DNA of 64,000 nt, taken from the NCBI GenBank assembly GCA_964490075.1, contig CAZBBK010000003.1:1-64000 (forward strand). Direction: 5' to 3'. The translations under genes and the position numbers were made by a program. The notes below the pieces were generated by a model. That model was not told the DNA's origin, made no database searches, and saw nothing but the letters and a program-made list of their open reading frames with translations. Below are positions 26,343 to 35,015 of the stretch, piece after piece (the first letter of the stretch is position 1; the number at the start of each line of letters is the position of its first letter). Source of the DNA: an uncultured Gemmatimonadota bacterium. GTDB lineage: Bacteria > GCA-2686955.

Positions 26343-27602
26343 TCAGGGCCGGAGCACCACCTCCACCGTATTGGAGAAGCCACGCCCTTCCGGGTAGGCG
26401 TAGTCCTCGTAGAAGGCCTGGAGATAGCGCAGCGCGGGGCCGCCGCCGCCGGGCACGCGGCCGATACGCGCCTGACCGCGGCCGTCGGTGTAGAAGGTGA
26501 GAATCAGCTCGGGTGGATCGGGCGCGACCCAACCGCCTCGATAGGGCTTGGGGTCGAGGTGCGGCCCCATGATCAGCCAACCGGCCACATCGGCGGTCGC
26601 GTTGCGCAGCAGGAGCTCGGCGGAGCCGCCGGCGCCGAGGGTGTCGCCGCAGACGGTCAAGGTCGCGGTGCCCGGCCCCTGGTGGCCGACGTCGGTCTGG
26701 CAGAGCTCGACCCGCACCAGGGAATCGAGGTAGTCGATCAGAGCGCGCAGCGTCAGCTCGGCGGCCAGAGTCGCGGTCTGCCAGTCGATTTGGCCGCCGA
26801 CGTGGACATGGCCCCCGGCGATGCAGAGGGCAGGATCGGCGGGCGAGGCGTGGGCGGCCTGATGCCAGACGCCGTGGTAGGCGGCGAACTCCGACAGGAA
26901 GCCGCCGCCGTCGCCGCTCCAGGCCACATAGGGATCGAGCCCGAGATCGGCGCCGGCGATGGCGTCGACGATCTCCTGCACCGGCAGGCCCGAGAGCCGC
27001 AGGGCCTCCGCGGGGACGCTGGCATCGGGCGGGCTGGGGGTCGGCTGGCGGGGCTCCTGGTAGTCGTCGATCCAGCTCACTCGGTTGTACTGGTTGACCT
27101 CGACTTCCCAGCTCAGGTCGTCGAATCCGCGGCTGAAGGTGATCAGCGCCAGCGGCCGCAGGGTGTCGGCGATGGCGCGGCCATCGGCGGAGGTGTCCTG
27201 GTAGTCGACCTCGAGATCGCCTTCCCCCTTGCCGCAGGATCGGCAATCGGGAGGATCGAACTCCGGGAAGTAGGCGTAGACGTCGTAGCCGCGCCCCTCC
27301 CAGTCGGCGCCGATCCAGCCCTGGGGATTCAAATCGGCGCGCGGGCTGAAGCGGCGGATCATCTCGTTGGTGGGCGGCCAGTAGCCGGTGAGCATGATGC
27401 GCGGGCGGCGCCGCTCGTCGAGCGGGCGCGCCGGGGGCGCCGGGCGCGGCTCGCGCAGCACCGGCAGGCTCATCCGGGCGGCGGTCATGCTGGGGAAACG
27501 CCGCACCTCGGCGCTGCCGCGCTGGGCGTGGGCGGACGTCGTGGCGAGCAGCAGCGCGGCACCGGCGCTCGCTGCGCGGCACAGGCTTCGGATCGGGTAC
27601 AC
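26343..27602 (-). CDS. Secreted pyroglutamyl-peptidase I (C15)-like protein with a C-terminal beta domain
   Basis: IMLTGYWP, ALITFSRG, WEVE, GGGFLSEF, GHVHV; GTG start 27602 after GGGAGG; signal peptide. Confidence 0.7.
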   Translation of the reverse strand: MYPIRSLCRAASAGAALLLATTSAHAQRGSAEVRRFPSMTAARMSLPVLREPRPAPPARPLDERRRPRIMLTGYWPPTNEMIRRFSPRADLNPQGWIGADWEGRGYDVYAYFPEFDPPDCRSCGKGEGDLEVDYQDTSADGRAIADTLRPLALITFSRGFDDLSWEVEVNQYNRVSWIDDYQEPRQPTPSPPDASVPAEALRLSGLPVQEIVDAIAGADLGLDPYVAWSGDGGGFLSEFAAYHGVWHQAAHASPADPALCIAGGHVHVGGQIDWQTATLAAELTLRALIDYLDSLVRVELCQTDVGHQGPGTATLTVCGDTLGAGGSAELLLRNATADVAGWLIMGPHLDPKPYRGGWVAPDPPELILTFYTDGRGQARIGRVPGGGGPALRYLQAFYEDYAYPEGRGFSNTVEVVLRP

Positions 27603-27688
27603 GAGAGCACCTCCCTTCCCCAGCATAGCCGGACCTGGATTCGGCGTGGATCCGGTCGATCAGCGAGAAGGAGCGAGGAACTCTTCCG

Positions 27689-28975
27689 ATGTCGACCCAT
27701 GCACAGCCGCGATCCGAGCCGGCCCAGCGCCTCTCCGCCCGGCGCCTGGTGGTGGTCTCGCGCGCGGTGGTGGTCGAGGATCGGCCGGGAGCTCGGGCGC
27801 GCATGCAGAGTGCCGACGGGCGGCTGATCGACCGGCTCGCTGCTTCGTTCGGCGAGGTGTTGGTGGTGGCGCCCGTGGTGCGTCCGCGCCACCAAGGTGC
27901 CTACCGGCGCCTGCGCCGCGTCGGGCATCGACTGGCGGCGAACGTGCGGGTGGTGGAGCTGCACGAGGACTTCGGCGGGTCGATCCGCGTTCTGCCGGCG
28001 CTGGGGCGGGTGGCGCGCCAGGCGTGGAGCATTCTGCGCGTGCTGCGCGGCGCCGACGCCGCATTCGTCTTCATGCCATCGTTCCGGGCCAGCGCCGCGG
28101 CGCTCCTGTGCCGTGCCCTCGGGGTTCCCCTGACGCTCTACCTCGGCACGCGCTGGGAAGAGACCTCGCGGGTGCGGGCCCGCCTGAGCGGCCGGCGGGC
28201 GCGGCTGCTGCCGCTCTACGGGAGGGTGGCGGGATTCCTGGAAGGCCGAGCGATGGCGGCGGCCAATGCGCGCCTGGTCACCGGCGCGGCGCTGCGTCGC
28301 GCCTACGCCCATCTCCCCGGTCCCACGGTCCAGACACCGCCGGTGGTCGACTTCGACCTGGAGCTGCTCGATGCCGTGCTGGAGACCGCCGCGCGGCGCA
28401 ACGGCGCTCCGCAGGCGCCGACCCTGCTCTATCTGGGCTCGCTGATGCCCGGTAAGAACGTCGACGTCGTCATCGGCGCGGTGGCTCGGCTGCGCAGGAG
28501 CCATCCCGGCGCGCGCTTGATCGTGGCCGGGGCTGGACCGGAGGAGGAGCGGCTGCGGGCCCTGGCGGCGGAGCGGCTGCCGGGTCCGGAGCGCTGTCGC
28601 TTCGACGGCTATCTGAGCGATCCGGCGCGCAAGCTCGCGCGCTACACCGAGGCCGATGCCCTGGTGCTGGCGAGCGCGGCGGAGGGCTTCCCGCGGGTGA
28701 TCTACGAGGCGCTGGCCGCTGGACTGCCGGTGGTGACGACCGATCTGCCCGGGGTTCGCGCCACTCTGCCGGAGGGGTCGGTGGAGACCGTGGCGCGCGC
28801 CGAGGAGCAGCTCTTGGCCGAGGGGATTCGCCGCGCCTTGCTGCCCGAACGCGCGAGTGCCATGGTCGACGCCGGGCGTCCGGCGGCCCGCTCGGCCCTG
28901 AGCCGGGACCCTGCGATGCTGGCGCTCGAGCTCATCGAAGAGCAGATCGGCGAACGACCCGCGTCCGCCGGTTGA
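27689..28975 (+). CDS. Glycosyltransferase family 4
   Basis: LYLGSL..KNVD, IVAGAGP, EGFPRVIYEALAAGLPVVTT. Confidence 0.9.
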   Translation: MSTHAQPRSEPAQRLSARRLVVVSRAVVVEDRPGARARMQSADGRLIDRLAASFGEVLVVAPVVRPRHQGAYRRLRRVGHRLAANVRVVELHEDFGGSIRVLPALGRVARQAWSILRVLRGADAAFVFMPSFRASAAALLCRALGVPLTLYLGTRWEETSRVRARLSGRRARLLPLYGRVAGFLEGRAMAAANARLVTGAALRRAYAHLPGPTVQTPPVVDFDLELLDAVLETAARRNGAPQAPTLLYLGSLMPGKNVDVVIGAVARLRRSHPGARLIVAGAGPEEERLRALAAERLPGPERCRFDGYLSDPARKLARYTEADALVLASAAEGFPRVIYEALAAGLPVVTTDLPGVRATLPEGSVETVARAEEQLLAEGIRRALLPERASAMVDAGRPAARSALSRDPAMLALELIEEQIGERPASAG

Positions 28976-30710
28976 CCGGGGCGGCGGAACCGTTGCTGGC
29001 GCCAGGCGTGGGGGTATCCAGCACCATCCAATCGGCCCCGCCGTCGGGAACGCGGCCGTAGGAGAGATCGGCGCTCTGCGCGCCAAAGTCGATCGCGTCG
29101 ATCGACAGCACCGCGTCGCGGTCGCAAAGCAGCACCGACTCGCCGTCGGCGTCGAGCTTGAAGTCGGCGTGCAGCGGCCCCTGCTCGGTCTCGCCGTCGG
29201 CCCAGATCAGCAGATAGCCGCCGGGGGCGATCTCGACCGCGGGCAGCGGCCACTTGTCGGGGGTCTGAGGGTTGTCGCTCAGGAACATCCCCTCCAAGAG
29301 GACCGGCGAGGAGTTGGCGTTGTAGATCTCGATCCAGTCGTCGTAGTCGCCCCACTCGTCGGCGATCGTGGTCTGGTTGGATGCCATCAGCTCGTTGACG
29401 TAGAGACCCGTGCGGCGCTCCGGAATCCACTCCTGCGCCAACTGCTCCACGACCGATTCCCGGCGCGTGACGACGAACGACTTCAGGCCGTAGAAAAGCT
29501 CACCGCCGATCCAGGTGTCGCTCTCCAGATTCGCTTCGAACTCCTCGTTGGAGTACATCTTCAGGGTGTCGGCGTAGACCGCGCTGCGAATCGATGCCGC
29601 CAGGGTGTCGATGCGTGCGAAGAGCGCCGCCTCGGTAAAATCTGTTTCCACGAGATGCTGGTAGTCCATCAGGTAGATGTCCCGGTAATCCGGCACGCCG
29701 AACATCTTGTGGACCAGGGGCCGTTCCCGCGGATTGGTGTTCTCCCAGAATAGCGGCAGCTCCAGCAGATCCGGCCAGGCGTAGGCGGGACAGGCGGCGA
29801 AGGCCTCGTTGCCGTCCCAGGGCAGCATGGTGAAGCGGTCTGTGTCGTCGCGGTGGTAGAGATAGTAGTTGTGTCCCTCGCCGATGTAGCTGTCGAGGGT
29901 GATGTATAGGTTGTAGAGCGCGGATAGGAAGAGAAAATTATGTATGTGGAAGGCGGGCTCGAGCTCGGCGCGGAAGTCGCCGGGGGCGCTGTTGTCGATG
30001 CGGTCGATCAGGTCGATCAGGTCGGACCAATCGTTGGTGCCTTCGTTGGTCTCGAGATCGTAGGCCTCGTAGTAGGGCTCGGGCGCGGGTCCCATCCAGA
30101 CCAGCCAGCCGGCGGGATCGCCCTTGAACAGATTGCCGTCTTCGTTGCCGCCGAAGTGCCTGCGCACCTGTCGCTTGTCGACCTGCTCGACATTGGTGTA
30201 CAGGCCCCAGTACTGATCGTTGATGAAGAGCTTTGCGAAGTTGGCGCGCCCGCAGGGCAGGTAGGCGCCGACCGCGTCGTAGAAGAGCTTCTCGCGGAGC
30301 ATCGTCGGATCGCGAAATCCGTTGCTCAGGCTGAGCTTGGTGAGACCGAAGAAGGTCTGCTCGGAGTCGAAGGCGTCGAACTTGATCTTGAAGGGCTTCT
30401 TCTCCGTCGGGCAGCCCCACATCGAGGACTGCCCCTTGAAGCGTACGCCGACGTTCTGGTAGTCGCGGGCCTGGAAGGTCAACGTGGCGGGGAGGTACTC
30501 GCCGAGGTCGCGCTCGTAGTGGACGTAGAGCGAGTCCCAGAAGTCGGGCTGCGAGAAGCTCAAGCGCAGCTCGAGCACGCACCGGTCGTCGAAGATCCAG
30601 TCGGAGAGCTCGGCGGGTGCGCGGCGCGGGGTGCCCACGGGGGTGAGGGCGTGCGCCGCGGCGCAGGTGAGGAGGATGGGGGGAAAGGCCTTGGCGGGGC
30701 GATGGAGCAT
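28932..30710 (-). CDS. CotH-family kinase with a C-terminal lamin-tail domain
   Basis: VGVRFKGQSS, KKPFKIKF, DPTMLREKL, GLYTNVEQ, HNYYLY, LPWDGNEAF; LTD NELMASN..DWIEIYN..TPTPGASN; GGAGG RBS before ATG 30710. Confidence 0.9.
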   Translation of the reverse strand: MLHRPAKAFPPILLTCAAAHALTPVGTPRRAPAELSDWIFDDRCVLELRLSFSQPDFWDSLYVHYERDLGEYLPATLTFQARDYQNVGVRFKGQSSMWGCPTEKKPFKIKFDAFDSEQTFFGLTKLSLSNGFRDPTMLREKLFYDAVGAYLPCGRANFAKLFINDQYWGLYTNVEQVDKRQVRRHFGGNEDGNLFKGDPAGWLVWMGPAPEPYYEAYDLETNEGTNDWSDLIDLIDRIDNSAPGDFRAELEPAFHIHNFLFLSALYNLYITLDSYIGEGHNYYLYHRDDTDRFTMLPWDGNEAFAACPAYAWPDLLELPLFWENTNPRERPLVHKMFGVPDYRDIYLMDYQHLVETDFTEAALFARIDTLAASIRSAVYADTLKMYSNEEFEANLESDTWIGGELFYGLKSFVVTRRESVVEQLAQEWIPERRTGLYVNELMASNQTTIADEWGDYDDWIEIYNANSSPVLLEGMFLSDNPQTPDKWPLPAVEIAPGGYLLIWADGETEQGPLHADFKLDADGESVLLCDRDAVLSIDAIDFGAQSADLSYGRVPDGGADWMVLDTPTPGASNGSAAPVNRRTRVVRRSALR

Positions 30711-30830
30711 GGCGAGGTCCTCCGGCGGCAGGCGCGGAACGGTGTGCCACGGCGACAGGATATACTCGATCTGAGACGTTGCGTGTCCGGCATCACGCGA
30801 CGCAACAGGCTCCCGGCCCCTGGAGAGACC

Positions 30831-31493
30831 ATGCACGATCTGGCTGCCATGCACGATGCCGTGGTGCGCGGAGACCGCGCCGCCGCCGAGGCGCTGGCCC
30901 GGCGGGCGGTGGAGCGAGGCGGGGACTTGCTGGCGGTGGTGGAGGGTGGATTCGCGGCCGGCATTCGCAGGGTGGGCGAGCTGTGGGAGGAGGGCGAGTA
31001 CTTCCTGCCCGAGCTGGTGCAGGGAGCGGAAGCGATGAAGGCGGCGATGAGGATTCTGGAGAGGGAGTTGGCGCGACGGCGGGATGAGCTGCCGCGGCGC
31101 GGGCGGGTGGTGATCGGCACCGTGCAGGGGGATCTGCACGACATCGGCAAGGCGCTGGTGGCCACCCTGCTGGAGGCCAACGGCTTCGAGGTCTTCGATC
31201 TGGGAGCCGACGTGGCGCCGCGGCGCTTGGTGGCCAAGGCGGCCGAAGAGGAGGCGGAGATCGTCGCGGCGTCGGCGCTGCCGACCACTACGATGCCGGT
31301 GCAGGCGGCGCTGGTGGAGGAGATCGCCGCGGCGGGGCTGCCAGGCTCGGTCCAGGTGCTGGTGGGAGGGGCGCCGGCCAGCGCCGAATGGGCCGCGGAG
31401 ATCGGCGCCGAGTACGCCGAGACCGCGCATTCCGCCGTGGCGGTGGTCCGGGCTGCCCTGGCGACCGCGCCGCCGCACTTCTCGCTCTTATGA
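30831..31493 (+). CDS. Methyltransferase cognate corrinoid protein (MttC/MtbC-like); the last ~15 aa are MttB-derived
   Basis: GELWEEGEYFLPEL cap, GTVQGDLHDIGK (DxHxxG), GFEVFDLG, SAL.TTT, GGAP. Confidence 0.92.
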   Translation: MHDLAAMHDAVVRGDRAAAEALARRAVERGGDLLAVVEGGFAAGIRRVGELWEEGEYFLPELVQGAEAMKAAMRILERELARRRDELPRRGRVVIGTVQGDLHDIGKALVATLLEANGFEVFDLGADVAPRRLVAKAAEEEAEIVAASALPTTTMPVQAALVEEIAAAGLPGSVQVLVGGAPASAEWAAEIGAEYAETAHSAVAVVRAALATAPPHFSLL

Positions 31494-32490
31494 TCGCGCG
31501 GGCGCGGGCGCGGTCGAGCTGGGCGGGGGAGAGGTCTATTTCGATCCCGGATCGGCGGCTCTCTATCGGATCGAGAGCGAGGCCTCCGACCGCCGTCGCG
31601 CTACCACCGACGATGCGATCCGGATGGCCCGCATCGTCGAGCAGCTGCCGCACTACGCCGCGCAGTCCACCGCCCTGGTGCCCGCCGACCTGCCCGCCTC
31701 CCTGGCCGACCGCTACCGTCTCTACCTGGCTCTCAGGAACGCCACCAAGCCGGTGATCACCGGGACCTTCGAGGACTCGGGATTCGCGCCGATGCACGCC
31801 ATGCTCTGCGCGGTTCGCGGCAGTGAAGAGGCCCTGGCAGAGAAGCCTCTGGCGATCTTCGACTGCTGCCCGAGCCCGCCCTTGCGCTGGAGCGCCCTGA
31901 CCTGTCAGACCTTGATCGACTGCGCCCGTGCGGGGATCCCCGCGACTCTGATCTCGATGCCGATGGCGGGCGCCACCGCGCCGGTCACCTTGCGGATGGT
32001 GATCGTCCAGCATTGTGCCGAGAACCTGTGCGGTGTCACGATCCACCAGCTCGCCGCTCCGGGCTCCCCGATCGTCTACGGCGGCGCCCCCGCGGCCTTC
32101 GACATGCGCCGCGGCAGCGCGCCGATGGGGGCGATCGAGACGGCGATGATCCACGCAGGCTACGCCGAGATCGGCGCCCATCTGCGGCTCCCGGTGCACG
32201 GTTATCTGGTGGTTTCCGACGCCAAGTGTGCCGACTACCAGGCCGGTGCCGAGAGCGCGCTGGGCGCCCTGTCTGAACTGTCGTTGGCCGGCAAGCTGAC
32301 CGATCGCGGCAGCCACGGCGACTGGATCGCCGCGGGCGCGCCCTGGGCGCACCGGCGGGCGGCCGATGAAGTGCGGCGCTTGCTCGACGACGCGCAGCCC
32401 ATGCCGCTCGACGACGCGGTCGCCGCGGAGCTGGAGGCGATCATGCGCGCCGAAGGAGGGCCGATCCGCTGGCGGTTGGAGGGGGGCTGA
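31446..32490 (+). pseudogene. Non-pyrrolysine MttB-family (trimethylamine methyltransferase superfamily) gene: N-terminally truncated, frameshifted and internally deleted
   Basis: VRAALATAPPHFSL|YDRAG...FDPGSAA, STALVP, CPSPPLRW, MPMAGATAPVT, PGSPIVYGG, SDAK..D.QAG.E; one extra T at 31488-31489. Confidence 0.75.
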
Positions 32491-34308
32491 TCAGAGCGGA
32501 AGCTGGTACTCGAAGCAACAGTTGCCCAGGCAGTCGGCGTCTGGATCGGCGCCGGCGCTCGACCGCGGTGGCGAAGATCCCGGCGGGGAGCGCACCTCGA
32601 CGACCGCCACGGTCTCGGTGAAGCGGTAGGCCTGGTTGAAGTGTTGCACCTGGCCGATTGCGCGGTAGCGCTCCGGCTGCTGTTCGACCACGCGGCTCGC
32701 CGCCCGCGAGAGCTCGGTCAGCGCCCGAATATCGTCGCTTCCGAAGGACGACACCCTGCCGAGCTGCTCGCGCAGCTCGCCTGCTTCGGGGCCGGAGAGG
32801 CGCCAGAAGATCAGGTAGCGAGCATCGACCTCGTCGATGCGCGTGCGCAGCTCGTCGGCGTCGGCGGCCGGATCGGCGTCGAAGAGCCGCACATCCGATT
32901 CGAGAATCGCGCACAGATCGATCAAGGCGCTGGGCACCAGCAGCACCGGCGGCGGCTGGGACCCGCCGGGGCGATCAGGCTCGCGCGTTTGGGACCGGTG
33001 CCGGGCCAGCAGGCGATCGGCCTCGGCGTAGCCGCCGAGCAAGGCACCGTCGAGAGTAGCGCGCAAAGCGCGACCTTCGACGACCTGGTCCCGGTGGGTG
33101 TCCCAGAGGGTCGAGCGGGCGGCCAAGAGCGGCGCCGTCAGGGCGATCAGCGCGAGGGTCGCGATGCGGCTCGGCAGCAACGCGCGAAACACGCCATCGA
33201 CCCCGCCCAGGGCGATGATCGAGAGTAAGGGGAGCGAGAACAGGGCGTAGCGGGCGTCGGCTTCGTAGAGGCCGAGCGCCACGAAATGGGCCGCCGCGAA
33301 GAGCACCAGCCAGCGCTGGCGGGTCGCCGCCGTTCCGGCCAGGAGGGCGAGCGCCAGGAGCGGGCCGTAGGCGGGATGCGGAGTGCCCGGGGGGTGGACC
33401 AGCCAGGCGACCGGCAGCGGAAAGGACTCGCTCCAGGGCAGCCGTTCGACGGCGAGAAAGACCTTCAGTCCCAGCGACCAGGCCGCCCAGAGAGCGCTGA
33501 TCGCGGGATCGATGCGGCCGGCGGCGAGAGCCGCCCAGACGCCGGGCTGATTGGTGCGGCGCAGCTCGAGGTAGGCGTCGAGCCCGCCGAACCCCCAGAG
33601 GGTGAGGATCGCCCAGGTGGCGGCCGCGGCGGCCACGGGGATCAGGTAGGCGCGCCGAGCCTCACGCCCGATGGGTCGCTCCGATCGGAGCCAGAGCGCG
33701 GCGAGAGCCGCGGCCGGCAGCAGCAGCGCGGTGAGTCGAACCAGCGCGGTGGCCGCCACCACGCCGCCGGCCAACCAGGCGCGGCGCCGGGCGGCGCCCG
33801 AATCGGGCGCGGCCCCCACGCGAATGGTGAGCAGCGCGGCGCCCAGCAGGAGGCAGACGAAGAGCGAGTTGTACTGAATCGCCGCGGCGAAACGGATGTC
33901 GAGAACCGAGGTGGCGAGCAGAAGAGCCGCGCAGGCGCCGACCGCGCGGGAGTAGCAGCGCGCGCCGAGCGCGAAGACGAGCGCGACACTGGTGCACGAA
34001 GCCAGGAGCGAGATCCCGCGCGCCACGCTCAGGCTGATGGACGTGAGCAGCACCTCGGCGGGGGTGCCAAAGATCGATCCCAGCCAGGCCAGCAGCGCCG
34101 CGGCGCCGTGGCCGGCGGCGATCAGCAGCAGATAGAGCACGCCTTCGTCGGTGCCGCCGATCAGATTCCAGTGGCCTTCCGCCAGTCGGGCGCCCAGAAA
34201 CCAGTACCAGCAAGACGCTTCCGCCAAGGGATGGAAGGGGATGATGACCCGCAGCAAGAGGGCCAAGAGCGCGAGGGCGAACGCGATGCCGAGGTCTTTG
34301 ACATTCAT
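32491..34308 (-). CDS. GT-C (ArnT/PMT-like) membrane glycosyltransferase
   Basis: More than 10 TM helices, ARY motif, soluble C-terminal domain; ATG overlaps the PGPGW stop. Confidence 0.72.
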   Translation of the reverse strand: MNVKDLGIAFALALLALLLRVIIPFHPLAEASCWYWFLGARLAEGHWNLIGGTDEGVLYLLLIAAGHGAAALLAWLGSIFGTPAEVLLTSISLSVARGISLLASCTSVALVFALGARCYSRAVGACAALLLATSVLDIRFAAAIQYNSLFVCLLLGAALLTIRVGAAPDSGAARRRAWLAGGVVAATALVRLTALLLPAAALAALWLRSERPIGREARRAYLIPVAAAAATWAILTLWGFGGLDAYLELRRTNQPGVWAALAAGRIDPAISALWAAWSLGLKVFLAVERLPWSESFPLPVAWLVHPPGTPHPAYGPLLALALLAGTAATRQRWLVLFAAAHFVALGLYEADARYALFSLPLLSIIALGGVDGVFRALLPSRIATLALIALTAPLLAARSTLWDTHRDQVVEGRALRATLDGALLGGYAEADRLLARHRSQTREPDRPGGSQPPPVLLVPSALIDLCAILESDVRLFDADPAADADELRTRIDEVDARYLIFWRLSGPEAGELREQLGRVSSFGSDDIRALTELSRAASRVVEQQPERYRAIGQVQHFNQAYRFTETVAVVEVRSPPGSSPPRSSAGADPDADCLGNCCFEYQLPL

Positions 34309-34592
34309 CCGGAACCCTCGCCCGCGCGGCCAGCCAGGCCGCGCAGGCGATCGCGAGATCTGCGCAGCAGCGAGCGGGCCCACATGAACTCGGTGGCGAG
34401 GATCGCCAGTCCGACCGGAATCACCACCAGCGCCGGGCCGGGCAAGACCAGCAGTGCCAGGCCGAAAAGGAGCACGGTCCCGCCAACCAGGAGCACCAGC
34501 AGCCGGCGGACCATGCGCGCCGTGCCGTAGAAGGGGCCGGAGCCGAACAGCCCCAGCTCATCCTCGCGCGGCTTCTTGTCTGGTGTTCTCAT
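34305..34592 (-). CDS. PGPGW-domain small membrane protein
   Basis: GLALLVLPGPALVVIPVGLAILATEFMWAR. Confidence 0.9.
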   Translation of the reverse strand: MRTPDKKPREDELGLFGSGPFYGTARMVRRLLVLLVGGTVLLFGLALLVLPGPALVVIPVGLAILATEFMWARSLLRRSRDRLRGLAGRAGEGSG

Positions 34593-35015
34593 GCGTGGCG
34601 GGTTCGCGTTCGCGGGCTCGCGACGGATTCTATGCGCGTTGGGGCCGGGGTGATGGGAATCGGCGCAGATGGCGTTTCGACATCGTACCTCGCTGCGGAG
34701 GGAGCGCTCGGAATGCGGGCTTCAGGTCGACACCTCTGATCTTCCCCTCGCCCTCATGTCTGCGCTCGCAAAATGAACGCCCCTCGTGAGATCTGGGCAT
34801 CGGTTCGGTAGCTCTCATTCCCTCGGCTGCAATTCTTGCCGATTTCTGCGCAAAACCCCTTGACGGGCCCCGCGATCCCTCCATCCTCGGCTCAAGAAAC
34901 AGAGCGAAACCCACTTCTCGGAGGGAGATCATGAAGTATAATCGCTCGTCGCTCGTCGCTCACGGTAGGTCCGTCCAGGCCTGAGGGAGCCCCAAGTGCG
35001 CCACCCGCGCCGGGA

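Noticed and set aside
30711..30830. Cobalamin riboswitch upstream of the corrinoid gene
   Set aside because: The region is too short and lacks a recognisable B12-box; only a small hairpin and a TATACT -10-like box are present.
31485..31493. Programmed +1 frameshift or selenocysteine readthrough at the corrinoid UGA
   Set aside because: CTC TTA TGA is not a prfB-like CTT TGA site and has no upstream SD. In-frame readthrough gives non-homologous sequence.
31624..32490. Pyrrolysine-containing MttB
   Set aside because: No in-frame TAG; the region before SDAK reads HGYLVV.
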